64,000 bases of DNA from positions 448,001 to 512,000 of the forward strand of contig CAVOYH010000003.1 of the NCBI GenBank assembly GCA_963700635.1, read 5' to 3'. The notes below the pieces were generated by a model, which worked only from the letters and a program-made list of their open reading frames with translations, was not told the origin of the DNA and did no database searches. The stretch comes from an uncultured Bacteroidota bacterium. Its GTDB lineage: Bacteria > Bacteroidota > Ignavibacteria > UBA10030 > UBA6906. The position numbers and the translations under genes were made by a program. Of this stretch, positions 49,281 to 59,771 are shown piece after piece (within the stretch, counting starts at the first letter, position 1; each line of letters opens with the position of its first letter).

Positions 49281-52036
49281 TTCATCTGCGCCACCTCACA
49301 TTGAACATAGAACTCTTTGGTGTCCGAGGGATGAATGCTCAACATCCGGCTGTGCATCGGGGTATTCAACCAGGGAAAGAACAACCGGCTTAGCGTGGCC
49401 CCGCCGTTAAGACGGATATGAATCTCAGCTTTCCCGCTTCCCACACCGAACGAATACGGAGGAAGAATATCCCCCAGAACTTCCCGAAACCAACGCGGGA
49501 ACGAGAATGGCAATGTTCCGTCCATTCTCCCGAACGGGTCAAGGATCCGGTGTATCCATGGGCGCAGCGCATTTGTTTTGGCATCCCAGAGACGGAGGCG
49601 CTCAATCTCCGAAAAATGGATCGCCACATTTGTGCCGTCTTTGAAGATGACGCGGATACGATCCTCAGTCAGATCGTAGAGCTTGGGCCGGCCGCGCAGG
49701 AATGGGACCACGCCGAGATACCAGAGGGAAAGCGCATACCAGACAAGCAACAGACTCATCACGCTGCCAATAATGAGCTGCTGAACCCATTCAACGCCCT
49801 GTGATGTGCCCACAACCCGGACAAAGAGAAAAATGGGAAGAATCGGGACCAGCATGGCTGCGAGCGGGGGTGTGATTGCCCTGAGTGTCGGGAGCAGACC
49901 GGCGCGGGCGCTTTGTGACTGATACAATTTCCTTACAGCGACTTCCCGCCGTTCGAAGAAACCTTCCGATTCCTCCTTTGAATACATTTGCCGGACTTTG
50001 TGTCCGGAGCGGCTGAGGTATTCGGCTGCTTTATCCCACAGCTCCGCCTTCTCATAGTGAAATGCGAGCAGTTCATAGTATTCTACCAGACGGTCGGAAT
50101 ACAGTTTCTCAATCGCATGGGCGATGGAGGCGTGTAATTCTCTCCGTTTGTTGCCCAGCATGGTATTGTAGGCCACCTCCTGAATAAGGAAATGTTTGAA
50201 CAGGTATTCAAATTCCCGGGCTTCCTGATTTTCCAGAATCAACTCCAGCGACCGGAGCTCTTGGAGACTTGGCACGAGGTCCTGGTGTTTGCTGACGACC
50301 TGTTCAAGCAGCGGGCGCGAGAACTCCCGTCCGATCACCGACGCGCCGAAGAGGACTTCTTTGATGCTGTCATGCAGCCGGTCAATCCGGGCCATGATAA
50401 TCCCCTGGATCGTGCCCGGGACTCCTGCTTCAATGTTGTCCACCAGCAACTCAACTTTCCGCCGTCGGACAATAACGATCTTCTTATCCAGAAGCGTTTT
50501 GATGATTTCCTGAACAAAGAAGGGATTCCCTTCCGATCGATGAAGCACGAAGTTTTCCACCGCCTCCGGGCAACTGTCCGCGTCGAGCCGGTACAGGATC
50601 AACCGGCGGGCGTCATCACGATCCAGCCGGTTCAAATCAAGCAGCGAGGCCTGATCATCAATAATGGATGGGAACGGATACTCGTCCCTAAACGTAAGCA
50701 CAAACAGGGACAACACGTTCTCTGTTGTGGGTTTGAGCACAAACCAGAGCAGCTCCTGGGAGAAGCGATCAATCCAGTGCAGGTCCTCAAGAACAAAGAC
50801 CATCGGCCGACGTGCGGCGGTGGCACTGAGGAGCGTCCGCACCGCCTGAAAGATCCTTTGCTTGCGAATCCTCTCATCCACCATCATGATTTCTTCATAG
50901 CGGACCGAGAGGAGCGTCGCCAGGTACGGCTCGTGCTCCTCGATTTGAAGCTGATGGAGAGCCGTGTGCAAGCGTTCCCGTATGAGGGCTTCTGAAGCGT
51001 CACTACGCAGATGCAGAAGGTTCTTCAGCAGGACAGACCAAACGTAGTAAGGCGTTGTTGTTTCGAAGCTGGAACAAAATCCTTCAATGGTGGCTAATCC
51101 CTTCTGGTAGGCGTTGCGGATGAGTTCTGTTTTCAACCGCGATTTTCCCACTCCGGCTTCGCCGCAGATGCCCAGGCGGACATGATTTCCGGTGAGTACC
51201 AGATCCAGCGCCCGATTGATTGTGTCCAGTTCCACCTTCCGTCCGACAAACTGATCTTTGCCGAGTATGGTCGGTCTTCGTTCCGATTCCGTTTTGAGGG
51301 CGGCAAGTTTGTACACGTCGACCGGCTCCGCTTTTCCACGCAACGTCATTGCAAACGGACCCTCGGCCACAACCACATCCGACACCAGCTTGTGGGTCTC
51401 GGATGACAGGTAGATATTGCTGCGCGGGGCGATCTCCACGAGGCGTGAGGCGAGGTTCACGGTGTCTCCGATCACGGAGTAGTTCATGCGGAGGTCGCTC
51501 CCCACGTTGCCGGCAATCACCATTCCGGAATGGAGTCCGCAGTGGAGACCGAGGGGGCCGTGGAGTTCAGCCCCCTGCCGGTCGTTGTAGTGTTCAATCT
51601 CAGCCACCATATCCAGCGCACACCGTACCGCGCGTTCCGGGTCATTCTCATGAGCCAGCGGGGCACCAAAGATGGCCATGATCCCGTCGCCGATGAACTT
51701 GTCAATTGTGCCCTCGTACTGGAGAACAACAGAAACCAGTCCCGAGAAGCAGTCGTTCAGCACCGCGGATACCTCTTCGGGATCGAGCTTCTCGGACATC
51801 GTGGTAAAGCCGGTGACATCGGCAAACAAAACAGTCACAAGCCGGCGTTCGCTCTCGATCTGCTTGCCAGCGGTGAGAATACGCTCGGCGAGATCGCTCG
51901 GTATGTAGTTGCGGATGAGGGCGAAACCGTCAATGGAAGGTCGGGGGGGATACGGTACCGGCTTGAGTGTCGAGCCGCAATTCAAGCAGAAACGGGAGTG
52001 TTTCGGGATGTCCTTGGCACATGCGGGACATTGCAT
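49259..52036 (-). CDS. Zinc-ribbon + class III nucleotide cyclase + STAND/AAA ATPase with C-terminal transmembrane region
   Basis: CPAC..CLNC; FADVTGFT, DKFIGDG and GDTVNLASRL; GEAGVGKS, LEDLHW and EGNPFF; two hydrophobic helices near the C-terminus. Confidence 0.88.
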   Translation of the reverse strand: MQCPACAKDIPKHSRFCLNCGSTLKPVPYPPRPSIDGFALIRNYIPSDLAERILTAGKQIESERRLVTVLFADVTGFTTMSEKLDPEEVSAVLNDCFSGLVSVVLQYEGTIDKFIGDGIMAIFGAPLAHENDPERAVRCALDMVAEIEHYNDRQGAELHGPLGLHCGLHSGMVIAGNVGSDLRMNYSVIGDTVNLASRLVEIAPRSNIYLSSETHKLVSDVVVAEGPFAMTLRGKAEPVDVYKLAALKTESERRPTILGKDQFVGRKVELDTINRALDLVLTGNHVRLGICGEAGVGKSRLKTELIRNAYQKGLATIEGFCSSFETTTPYYVWSVLLKNLLHLRSDASEALIRERLHTALHQLQIEEHEPYLATLLSVRYEEIMMVDERIRKQRIFQAVRTLLSATAARRPMVFVLEDLHWIDRFSQELLWFVLKPTTENVLSLFVLTFRDEYPFPSIIDDQASLLDLNRLDRDDARRLILYRLDADSCPEAVENFVLHRSEGNPFFVQEIIKTLLDKKIVIVRRRKVELLVDNIEAGVPGTIQGIIMARIDRLHDSIKEVLFGASVIGREFSRPLLEQVVSKHQDLVPSLQELRSLELILENQEAREFEYLFKHFLIQEVAYNTMLGNKRRELHASIAHAIEKLYSDRLVEYYELLAFHYEKAELWDKAAEYLSRSGHKVRQMYSKEESEGFFERREVAVRKLYQSQSARAGLLPTLRAITPPLAAMLVPILPIFLFVRVVGTSQGVEWVQQLIIGSVMSLLLVWYALSLWYLGVVPFLRGRPKLYDLTEDRIRVIFKDGTNVAIHFSEIERLRLWDAKTNALRPWIHRILDPFGRMDGTLPFSFPRWFREVLGDILPPYSFGVGSGKAEIHIRLNGGATLSRLFFPWLNTPMHSRMLSIHPSDTKEFYVQCEVAQMKWAKQQI

Positions 52037-52043
52037 TCGGGGC

Positions 52044-52388
52044 CTACGTGAAGCTCTTTATTGCCTCCGCTTGGGTGTCATGGACATCAAAGACCAGCGT
52101 CAGCTTGGTGATGACGAAGATATTCTCGATGTTTTTGTTCAAACCGCATATCTTGACCTGCCACCCATGCCGTGAGTACGTCGTCTGACCTGCAACCAGA
52201 ACGCCGATGGCGGTGCTGTTTAGATACGTTACCTTGCTCAGGTCTATGAGCAGTTTTGAGTACTGCCTGTCAACGAAGCCCGCTATCGCCTGCCGGAGTT
52301 CCACGGTCTCATCGCCGCCGACGAGGGATCCGCTCGCCTGTATCAAGCCAATGCCGCCATCTGGTAGGGTGGAAGTCTTGATTGACAT
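52044..52388 (-). CDS. STAS-domain anti-sigma-factor antagonist
   Basis: IDLSKVTYLNSTAIGVL and IFVITKL motifs. Confidence 0.88.
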   Translation of the reverse strand: MSIKTSTLPDGGIGLIQASGSLVGGDETVELRQAIAGFVDRQYSKLLIDLSKVTYLNSTAIGVLVAGQTTYSRHGWQVKICGLNKNIENIFVITKLTLVFDVHDTQAEAIKSFT

Positions 52389-52533
52389 GGTCTCTCCCGG
52401 TTTGTGTTTCGTCTATATATGGTACAAGGTTCAAGCCACATTGTCAAGAATGTCCGGGGATCGTCAGTTGTTTTTCTGGACTGAAGGTCGGATATTAGAG
52501 GTGCAGGCGATTCTTTCACAGGAGGAAACAAGG

Positions 52534-54795
52534 GTGCAGCGATCCGGTATCGAACCCAGAGCCACGGCAAACCCGCAGAACCCTCCAGGAGCCGGGGACG
52601 ATACAAAATCCACGCGCGATGCTGGCGGCGCGAAACCGAGCTCGACCCGTGCCAAACGCAAGAAACGGCCCAGATTCAAGGATCACACGCCCGGATCCGC
52701 CCCTTCCTCACTTGACCCTTCCCTCTTTATCAACAGAGAGCTCAGCTGGCTTGAATTTAACCAGCGGGTACTGGAAGAGGCGCACGATGAGCGTCACCCT
52801 CTTCTCGAACGCGCAAAGTTCCTGGCTATTGTAAGCTCGAATCTCGACGAATTCTTCATGATCCGCGTTGCCGCGATCAAAGAACAGGTGCTGGCAAACG
52901 TCATGGACCTTTCCCCGGATGGACACGTCCCGCTCCAGCAGCTTACCGCAATCCAGTCACGTGTAACGCTGATGTTGCAGGAGATGTCCGACTTCTTCTG
53001 GAATGACCTGTATCCGAAACTGACAGCATCCGACATCCATCTTCTCCGTATGGATCAACTCACGCCGGATGAGCATGGTGTGCTGACGGAGCTTTTTACC
53101 CGCGAGATTTTTCCTGTATTGACACCCCTCGCCTTCGATCCCGGTCATCCGTTTCCGTACATCTCCAATCTCAGTTTAAGTCTTGCGGTGGTCGTGATCG
53201 GCCCCAATGGAGAGGAACGTTTTGCACGGGTGAAAGTGCCCGATGTCCTGCCGCGTCTCGTGGCCCTCCCCGCTCCGCCCGGGGGAGGCCAGACCATGCG
53301 GTTCGTATGGATCGAGGACCTCATTGCAGAGAACCTGACCATCCTTTTCCCCGGCATGGTGGTCAAGGAGTCGTATACGTTTCGTGTCACGCGTAATGCA
53401 GACATTGAAATACAGGAAGACGAAGCGGACGATCTGCTTGCCTCGATTGAGGAGTCTATCCGGCTTCGCCGTTTCGGTTCGGTCGTCCGCGTGGGTGTGG
53501 AAAAAACCATGCCCGCACGCATCAAAGAGATCCTCCTTGAAAACCTGGAGGCAGATCCAACGGATGTGTATGAGGTCGCAAAACCGCTCGGCCTCAGCCA
53601 CCTTATGCAATTGCTCAAGATCGGGCGTCCGGACCTGAAAGACATCCCCTTTCATCCCGCCTTGCTGGTGGCCGATGAAGAAGCAGAGGACATGTTCAGC
53701 GTGATACGGCGGGGAGATGTGCTGCTCCACCATCCGTACGACTCTTTCGCACCGGTCGTGCAGTTTATTCGAAATGCAGCAACGGATCCAACCGTCCTGG
53801 CGATCAAACAGACACTCTATCGCATCGGCAAAGAATCACCGCTCGTGCCTCTGCTCATACAGGCGGCTGAAAGCGGCAAGCAGGTCGCCGTTCTCGTTGA
53901 ACTGAAGGCGCGGTTCGACGAAGAGAACAACATCGGGTGGGCCAAACAACTTGAACGCGCAGGCGTCCACGTGGTGTACGGCCTGGTCGGACTAAAAACA
54001 CATGCGAAGATGGCACTGGTGATCCGGAAAGAACCGGAAGGGCTGCGTCGGTATGTACACCTCGGGACCGGTAACTACAACCCCGTGACCGCACGTATAT
54101 ACACCGACTTGAGTTTTTTTACATGCCGGGAGGATCTTACCGGAGACGCCACCGAAGTGTTTAATTTTCTTACGGGATACTCGCAGCGGGATACGTACAG
54201 CAAGCTTGCCGTCGCTCCCGTCACACTCCGAAAACAAATCACATCGCTCATAGAGCGTGAGATTACTCACGCCCGGGCAGGCAAGCAGGGACAGATGATC
54301 CTCAGGATGAATTCCCTGACCGATGCCAAGATCATTGAATTGTTGTATTCCGCCTCACAGGCAGGCGTATGTATCGATCTTATTGTCCGCGGCATCTGCT
54401 GCCTCCGCCCGGGTATCCCGGGCGTGAGTGACAAGATCCGCGTTGTCAGTATTGTCGGACGCTTTCTGGAACACAGCCGCATCTTCTATTTTTTCAACAA
54501 CGGACAGCCGGAGCTGTATCTGAGCAGTGCCGATCTTATGGGCCGCAATCTGGACAGACGGGTCGAGCTTATGTTTCCTATCGAAGAACCCGGTCTGGTG
54601 CAACAGATCAGAGATGAAGCACTCTCCCTGGCTCTCGCCGATTGCGTGCGCGCACGGGTCCTCTCCCGGGATGGCGCCTATACACGTGTTGCTTTGCGGG
54701 ACGGCGAACCGGACATCGACAGCCAGACACAGATTGCACGGTCACGGGCGCGACTGCTGCGTCCAACCCAGATCGTGCCCAGGGAAATACCGTAA
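52534..54795 (+). CDS. ppk1: Polyphosphate kinase 1
   Basis: NRELSWL, NLDEFFMIRVA, HHPYDSF, ELKARFDE, KTHAK and RFLEHSR motifs; GTG start after GGAGG. Confidence 0.95.
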   Translation: MQRSGIEPRATANPQNPPGAGDDTKSTRDAGGAKPSSTRAKRKKRPRFKDHTPGSAPSSLDPSLFINRELSWLEFNQRVLEEAHDERHPLLERAKFLAIVSSNLDEFFMIRVAAIKEQVLANVMDLSPDGHVPLQQLTAIQSRVTLMLQEMSDFFWNDLYPKLTASDIHLLRMDQLTPDEHGVLTELFTREIFPVLTPLAFDPGHPFPYISNLSLSLAVVVIGPNGEERFARVKVPDVLPRLVALPAPPGGGQTMRFVWIEDLIAENLTILFPGMVVKESYTFRVTRNADIEIQEDEADDLLASIEESIRLRRFGSVVRVGVEKTMPARIKEILLENLEADPTDVYEVAKPLGLSHLMQLLKIGRPDLKDIPFHPALLVADEEAEDMFSVIRRGDVLLHHPYDSFAPVVQFIRNAATDPTVLAIKQTLYRIGKESPLVPLLIQAAESGKQVAVLVELKARFDEENNIGWAKQLERAGVHVVYGLVGLKTHAKMALVIRKEPEGLRRYVHLGTGNYNPVTARIYTDLSFFTCREDLTGDATEVFNFLTGYSQRDTYSKLAVAPVTLRKQITSLIEREITHARAGKQGQMILRMNSLTDAKIIELLYSASQAGVCIDLIVRGICCLRPGIPGVSDKIRVVSIVGRFLEHSRIFYFFNNGQPELYLSSADLMGRNLDRRVELMFPIEEPGLVQQIRDEALSLALADCVRARVLSRDGAYTRVALRDGEPDIDSQTQIARSRARLLRPTQIVPREIP

Positions 54796-54850
54796 CCACT
54801 GACTTTCCGCTCACTGTTACTACTGTTCATTTCTTTCAGGAGGTCATTCT

Positions 54851-57800
54851 ATGCGATACGGCTTTCGCGTTGCCGTACTTGCCGTGCTGTTGCCAATTTT
54901 AACGCATGGCGCAGAAGAAGGCAGATTCATGCGGTTTCCCGATATACACGGCTCAACGATCGTGTTCACCTATGAAGGCGATCTCTGGTCTGTATCGGCA
55001 TCCGGTGGCACTGCAATCCGGCTGACGAATTTTCCGGGGGTCGAATATGCGGCCCGCTTTTCCCCCGACGGCGCTCAACTGGCTTTTACGGGAAGCTATG
55101 ACGGATCGTGGGCGATCTACCGTATGCCCGCGTCCGGCGGCGCCCCGATGCGGCTCACCTACATGCCCGGCGGAGCCGAATCGGTCTGCTGGACACCCGA
55201 TGGGAAACGAATCGTTTTCCGATCAAATTTTGAAAATACGGTCACCCGCGATCCGAATCTCTATTTTGTAGACACTGAAGGTAATCTCCCCGAATCCTTT
55301 CCGCTGGATCGTGGCGTCCGCTGCAGTTTCTCCGCCGACGGCAAGTCCATCCTGTATACCCGCAAAGGCTCTGAAGAATACTACTGGAAACGCTACAAAG
55401 GGGGGCGTTACCAGGACATCTGGCGCTATGATTTTCCAACCGGCACATTCACGCCAATTTCAGACTACGTCGGAAAGAACAGCTACCCGATGTGGGTCGG
55501 TGATACCATGTACTTTGTGTCCGACCGCACTACCGGGACGGCAAATTTGTACGCACAGGATCTTGCCAGCGGTCAGATTTCCACTGTTACCCAGTATGCG
55601 GACTTTGATATCATGATGCCCTCCACAGATGGCACATCCATCGTCTTCTTGTACAACGGATATCTGCACGTTCTGGATGTCTCATCCCGCTCAATACGAA
55701 GAATACGCGTCGAAATCCCGAGCGACCGGTGGGTTTCTCGCACCCGGACCATCGATGCGCGCGGGTATCTCCACAGCGCAGATGTTACCCGGGACGGCAA
55801 AACTCTCGTCCTGGAGGCGCGTGGTGATATTTACTGCACGGAGGTCGACAAGAAGGTGTCGGTAAACAACTCAGCCACCCCGGGGTCGCGGGAAATGTAT
55901 CCCACCGTGTCACCGGACGGAAACACCGTAGCCTTTTTCTCAGACAGATCCGGTGAATATCAGATTTACCTCCAACCCACGCGCGGCGGGAAGTGGTCTC
56001 AACTGACAACCTCCCTTGACCGGACTGTCTACCGCCTTGTCTGGTCACCCGACGGGTCAAAACTGCTTTTCGGCAACAAGGATTTCGCGCTGTTCGTACT
56101 GGACGTCACGACAAAAAAGATCACACAGATTGATGCTTCGAATCAACTGAAGAATGATGAATTCTACTGGGAGATAGCTGACTATGGATGGTCGCCCGAC
56201 AGCAAGTGGGTCACCTACTCTCTCGTACAGTTTAACCGGAACAGCCAGGTTTTTGTGTACTCCCTGGATCTTGCCAAACGGTATATGGTAACCGATGACT
56301 TTTTCGATAACCTGTCCCCCAGGTTCGATCCCGGGGGAAAGTATCTGTATTATCTCTCCAGCCGCAACTTCGATGTCCAGATGGATTTCTACGAGGACAA
56401 TCACGTGCTTCATTCCCCGTATCAGATTATGGCTGTTCAACTGACAGCGGGAGAAAGACCCCCGTTTGCAGATTCAGTGAGCCGGACAACACGGCGGGCA
56501 GATACCGGCTTCCGCATTGACGCCGACGGGCTGCAACAACGGACATTTCCGGTTCCGGTTCCTCCAGGCAACTACTTCCACCTACAGGCAGGGAAAGGGA
56601 AGATCCTGTGGTGCTCGGTTCCCCGGTTTGCCGATGATGAGTACGAGGAGATCTTCAAACCCGGTCGCAACACCAAGTGGGAGCTGCACATTTTCGACGT
56701 GGGGCAGAAAAAAGAAAGCATCGTCACAGAGAAGATCCGGGAATACACGCTCTCTTCAAACGGCGAACATCTTCTGACCCGACGTGACGACGACATGTAC
56801 CTGACGACGCTGGAGAAGGCATTCCAGAACAAATCCCCGGGGGACAAGATTGTGACCGGCGTCCTCTCGTATACGGTCGATACACAGGCCGAATGGAATC
56901 AGATCTTCAGTGACGCCTGGCGATGGTACAGGGATTTCTTCTACGACGAGAACATGCACGGGCGGGACTGGAAGAAGATGGGCGAGACGTACCGTTCATA
57001 TCTGCCCGACCTTTCTTCACGGGACGAGCTTAACTGGGTATTACAGCAGATGGTGGGGGAACTGTGTGTGTCGCATACGTACGTCAACGGAGGCGATATG
57101 GGCCCCGTGTCAACGCCAAAAACCCCGGTGTTTTCGGGATGGCTCGGAGCCGACCTGAAACCGGATTCCCGGACGGGTCTCTATCGCTTTGAAAAAATCT
57201 ACGGCCCCACGGAATACAATCTTAACCTTACGGCGCCGCTGGCCAGGCCCGATGTCGATGTCAGGGAAGGGCATTATCTTCTGGCGATCAACGGCGTTGA
57301 GATCCGCCCGCCGGCAGACTTTTACAGACACCTTCAGGTCACCCCCGGGCAAAAAGTCTCCATTACCGTCAACTCCACGCCTTCGCGTCAGGATGCGCGC
57401 ACGTACGATATTGAACCTATCAGGTACGAAAGTCAATTACGGTATTTCCGCTGGTTGACGGACAACATTAACTACGTCCTCAAAGCTTCCGGTGGAAAAG
57501 TGGGCTACATGCACATCAATGCAATGGGCGCAGGTGGCATCGGGGAGTTTGACAAGTTCTGGCGTGCCTTCCGGTACAAAGATGGAATACTCATTGACGT
57601 CCGGAGGAATTCCGGCGGGTGGACAGAGTATTTTCTGATCGACAAGCTCGAAAGGAAAATGATCGCTTATAATGTCCTTCGCAACATGGTCCCCTTCCGG
57701 TACCCGGGGACTGCATCCTCGGCCCACTATGTCGCGATTTCCAACGAATATAACGGGTCAGATGGCGAGGCATTTATCGAACATTTTAAAGCCCGCAAAC

Positions 57801-58093
57801 TTGGTACCGTGGTGGGGGTGCCCTCATGGGGAGGACTGGTCGGAATCGTGAACGGCCAGACGACCATCGACAATGGGACCATCCAGCAACCAAACAACGC
57901 CTTCTGGGGACGAGAAGGAAAATGGTTGGTGGAGAACCACGGGGCTGAACCGGACATATTCCAGGACAACGACCCCGCCTCGGTCATGGCTGGGAAAGAC
58001 GCCCAGCTTGACAAAGCGCTCGAAATCGTCTTGCAGCAAATCAGGGAACAGCCTTTTTCGTTCCCGCCACGCCCGGCCTATCCGAAAAAGTAG
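54851..58093 (+). CDS. Tricorn-like S41 protease with PDZ domain, exported
   Basis: Beta-propeller SPDG repeats, GEL..SHTY, IDVRRNSGG, GSDGE and SWGG motifs. Confidence 0.92.
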   Translation: MRYGFRVAVLAVLLPILTHGAEEGRFMRFPDIHGSTIVFTYEGDLWSVSASGGTAIRLTNFPGVEYAARFSPDGAQLAFTGSYDGSWAIYRMPASGGAPMRLTYMPGGAESVCWTPDGKRIVFRSNFENTVTRDPNLYFVDTEGNLPESFPLDRGVRCSFSADGKSILYTRKGSEEYYWKRYKGGRYQDIWRYDFPTGTFTPISDYVGKNSYPMWVGDTMYFVSDRTTGTANLYAQDLASGQISTVTQYADFDIMMPSTDGTSIVFLYNGYLHVLDVSSRSIRRIRVEIPSDRWVSRTRTIDARGYLHSADVTRDGKTLVLEARGDIYCTEVDKKVSVNNSATPGSREMYPTVSPDGNTVAFFSDRSGEYQIYLQPTRGGKWSQLTTSLDRTVYRLVWSPDGSKLLFGNKDFALFVLDVTTKKITQIDASNQLKNDEFYWEIADYGWSPDSKWVTYSLVQFNRNSQVFVYSLDLAKRYMVTDDFFDNLSPRFDPGGKYLYYLSSRNFDVQMDFYEDNHVLHSPYQIMAVQLTAGERPPFADSVSRTTRRADTGFRIDADGLQQRTFPVPVPPGNYFHLQAGKGKILWCSVPRFADDEYEEIFKPGRNTKWELHIFDVGQKKESIVTEKIREYTLSSNGEHLLTRRDDDMYLTTLEKAFQNKSPGDKIVTGVLSYTVDTQAEWNQIFSDAWRWYRDFFYDENMHGRDWKKMGETYRSYLPDLSSRDELNWVLQQMVGELCVSHTYVNGGDMGPVSTPKTPVFSGWLGADLKPDSRTGLYRFEKIYGPTEYNLNLTAPLARPDVDVREGHYLLAINGVEIRPPADFYRHLQVTPGQKVSITVNSTPSRQDARTYDIEPIRYESQLRYFRWLTDNINYVLKASGGKVGYMHINAMGAGGIGEFDKFWRAFRYKDGILIDVRRNSGGWTEYFLIDKLERKMIAYNVLRNMVPFRYPGTASSAHYVAISNEYNGSDGEAFIEHFKARKLGTVVGVPSWGGLVGIVNGQTTIDNGTIQQPNNAFWGREGKWLVENHGAEPDIFQDNDPASVMAGKDAQLDKALEIVLQQIREQPFSFPPRPAYPKK

Positions 58094-58259
58094 AACCGAA
58101 TGTGCTTGTTTTTTCAACAGCTTCTTGTTACGTTTCCAAGCGCAGCGTGCGGCAGCGTTCCCGCCCCCTACCCTGCACGGGGGCACCCCCGTTCCTTCCC
58201 GCAGAAAGCCAGCTTCGTTCCTTGTCAGTCGTACGTTCACTTACCTAAGGAGAACATCC

Positions 58260-59567
58260 ATGCATGCTCAGGGTGAAGCAAAGAAGAACACGCTCACGAT
58301 TACGGATAATCGTACCGGGAAACCGTACGAGATTCCCATCGAGAACGAGACCATCCGTGCGATCGATCTGCGTCAGATAAAGGTCAATGCGGATGATTTC
58401 GGGATGATGACCTACGATCCTGCGTTCATGAATACAGCCTCGTGCAAAAGCACGATCACCTTTATCGATGGCGACAAAGGGATTTTGCACTATCGGGGCT
58501 ATCCCATCGAACAACTGGCGGAGCAGTGCTCGTATCTGGAAGTCGCGTATCTGCTGCTCTATGGTGACCTTCCGAGCAAGACCCAACTGGCAGACTGGAC
58601 GATGCACATCACCACTCATACCTTCGTTCATGAGAATCTCAAGAAACTCATGGATGGTTTCCACCACGATGCACATCCGATGGGGATGTTCGTGAGCGGA
58701 CTGGCCGCCCTGTCTACCTTCTATCCGTCTGCCAAACACATCGAGGATAAAAAGGAACGGGAACTTGCCTTTTTCAGGCTGATTGGAAAAGCCCCGACCC
58801 TCTCCGCCTTTGCCTACCGCCACAGTGTTGGGATGCCATACGTTCATCCAGACAATGAACTTTCCTATGCGGGAAATTTTCTTAACATGATGTTCCGCAT
58901 CGCGGAACCAAAGTATCAACCGCATCCTGTTCTGGAAAAAGCTCTCGACGTCCTGTTTATTCTGCATGCAGATCACGAACAGAACTGCAGCACAAGCGCC
59001 ATGCGGGGTGTTGGAAGTTCCCATGTGGATCCCTACTGCGCCGCCGCTGCAGGAGCGGCAGCCCTGTACGGACCCCTGCATGGAGGAGCAAACGAAGCGG
59101 TGCTCCGCATGCTGGATGAGGTCGGGAGCAAAGATAAAGTTCCGGCGTTTATCAAGGAAGTAAAAGACGGCAAGGGCCGGTTGATGGGCTTTGGCCATCG
59201 TGTGTACAAGAATTACGACCCGCGTGCGTCCATTATCAAACGCCTCGCTGACCAGGTCTTTGAGGTAACCGGACGGAACGCCAAACTGGATATCGCGTTG
59301 GAACTTGAACGGATCGCATTACAGGATGAGTATTTCATCAAGAGAAAGCTCTATCCGAATGTGGACTTCTACTCCGGATTAATCTACCAGGCAATGCGGT
59401 TCCCGGTGGATCTGTTCCCGGTGCTCTTTGCGATAGGCCGTATGTCCGGTTGGCTTGCACAATGGGCAGAAATGCTGGACGATGGAGACCAGAAGATCGC
59501 CCGCCCACGCCAGGTCTATCTTGGTGCAGGCAAACGTGATGTCCCGCCTATGAAGCAGCGCGGATGA
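58260..59567 (+). CDS. gltA: Citrate synthase
   Basis: HADHEQNCST, GPLHGGAN, MGFGHRVYKNYDPRA and YPNVDFYSG motifs; AAGGAG RBS before ATG 58260. Confidence 0.96.
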   Translation: MHAQGEAKKNTLTITDNRTGKPYEIPIENETIRAIDLRQIKVNADDFGMMTYDPAFMNTASCKSTITFIDGDKGILHYRGYPIEQLAEQCSYLEVAYLLLYGDLPSKTQLADWTMHITTHTFVHENLKKLMDGFHHDAHPMGMFVSGLAALSTFYPSAKHIEDKKERELAFFRLIGKAPTLSAFAYRHSVGMPYVHPDNELSYAGNFLNMMFRIAEPKYQPHPVLEKALDVLFILHADHEQNCSTSAMRGVGSSHVDPYCAAAAGAAALYGPLHGGANEAVLRMLDEVGSKDKVPAFIKEVKDGKGRLMGFGHRVYKNYDPRASIIKRLADQVFEVTGRNAKLDIALELERIALQDEYFIKRKLYPNVDFYSGLIYQAMRFPVDLFPVLFAIGRMSGWLAQWAEMLDDGDQKIARPRQVYLGAGKRDVPPMKQRG

Positions 59568-59594
59568 TGTTCACTGCTCAGTCGCGACAGGACG

Positions 59595-59623
59595 GGGGGA
59601 TGCAGAGTCTCCCCCTCTTCCTT
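59595..59623 (+). terminator. Possible intrinsic terminator after gltA
   Basis: GGGGGA-N9-TCCCCC hairpin followed by TCTTCCTT; weak U-tract. Confidence 0.35.
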
Positions 59624-59771
59624 TGTGGCAGGCAATAAACACCACGAGACGGGAAGTGGTCGCTGTATTATCGAAGAGAGAAGAATCCACTGGTTCTCTC
59701 TCTTCGTTATAGATCCGTACGCAGTGCGGTGATGCTGATTACGTTCTCCCTGCAGGAGCCTGTGAGCCCCC

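Noticed and set aside
57873-58259. N-terminal extensions in the ORF track for gltA (also ppk1, hypE, the RlmD-like gene and the Smr gene)
   Set aside because: They overlap neighbouring genes or intergenic DNA; downstream starts with better RBS or family N-termini were used.
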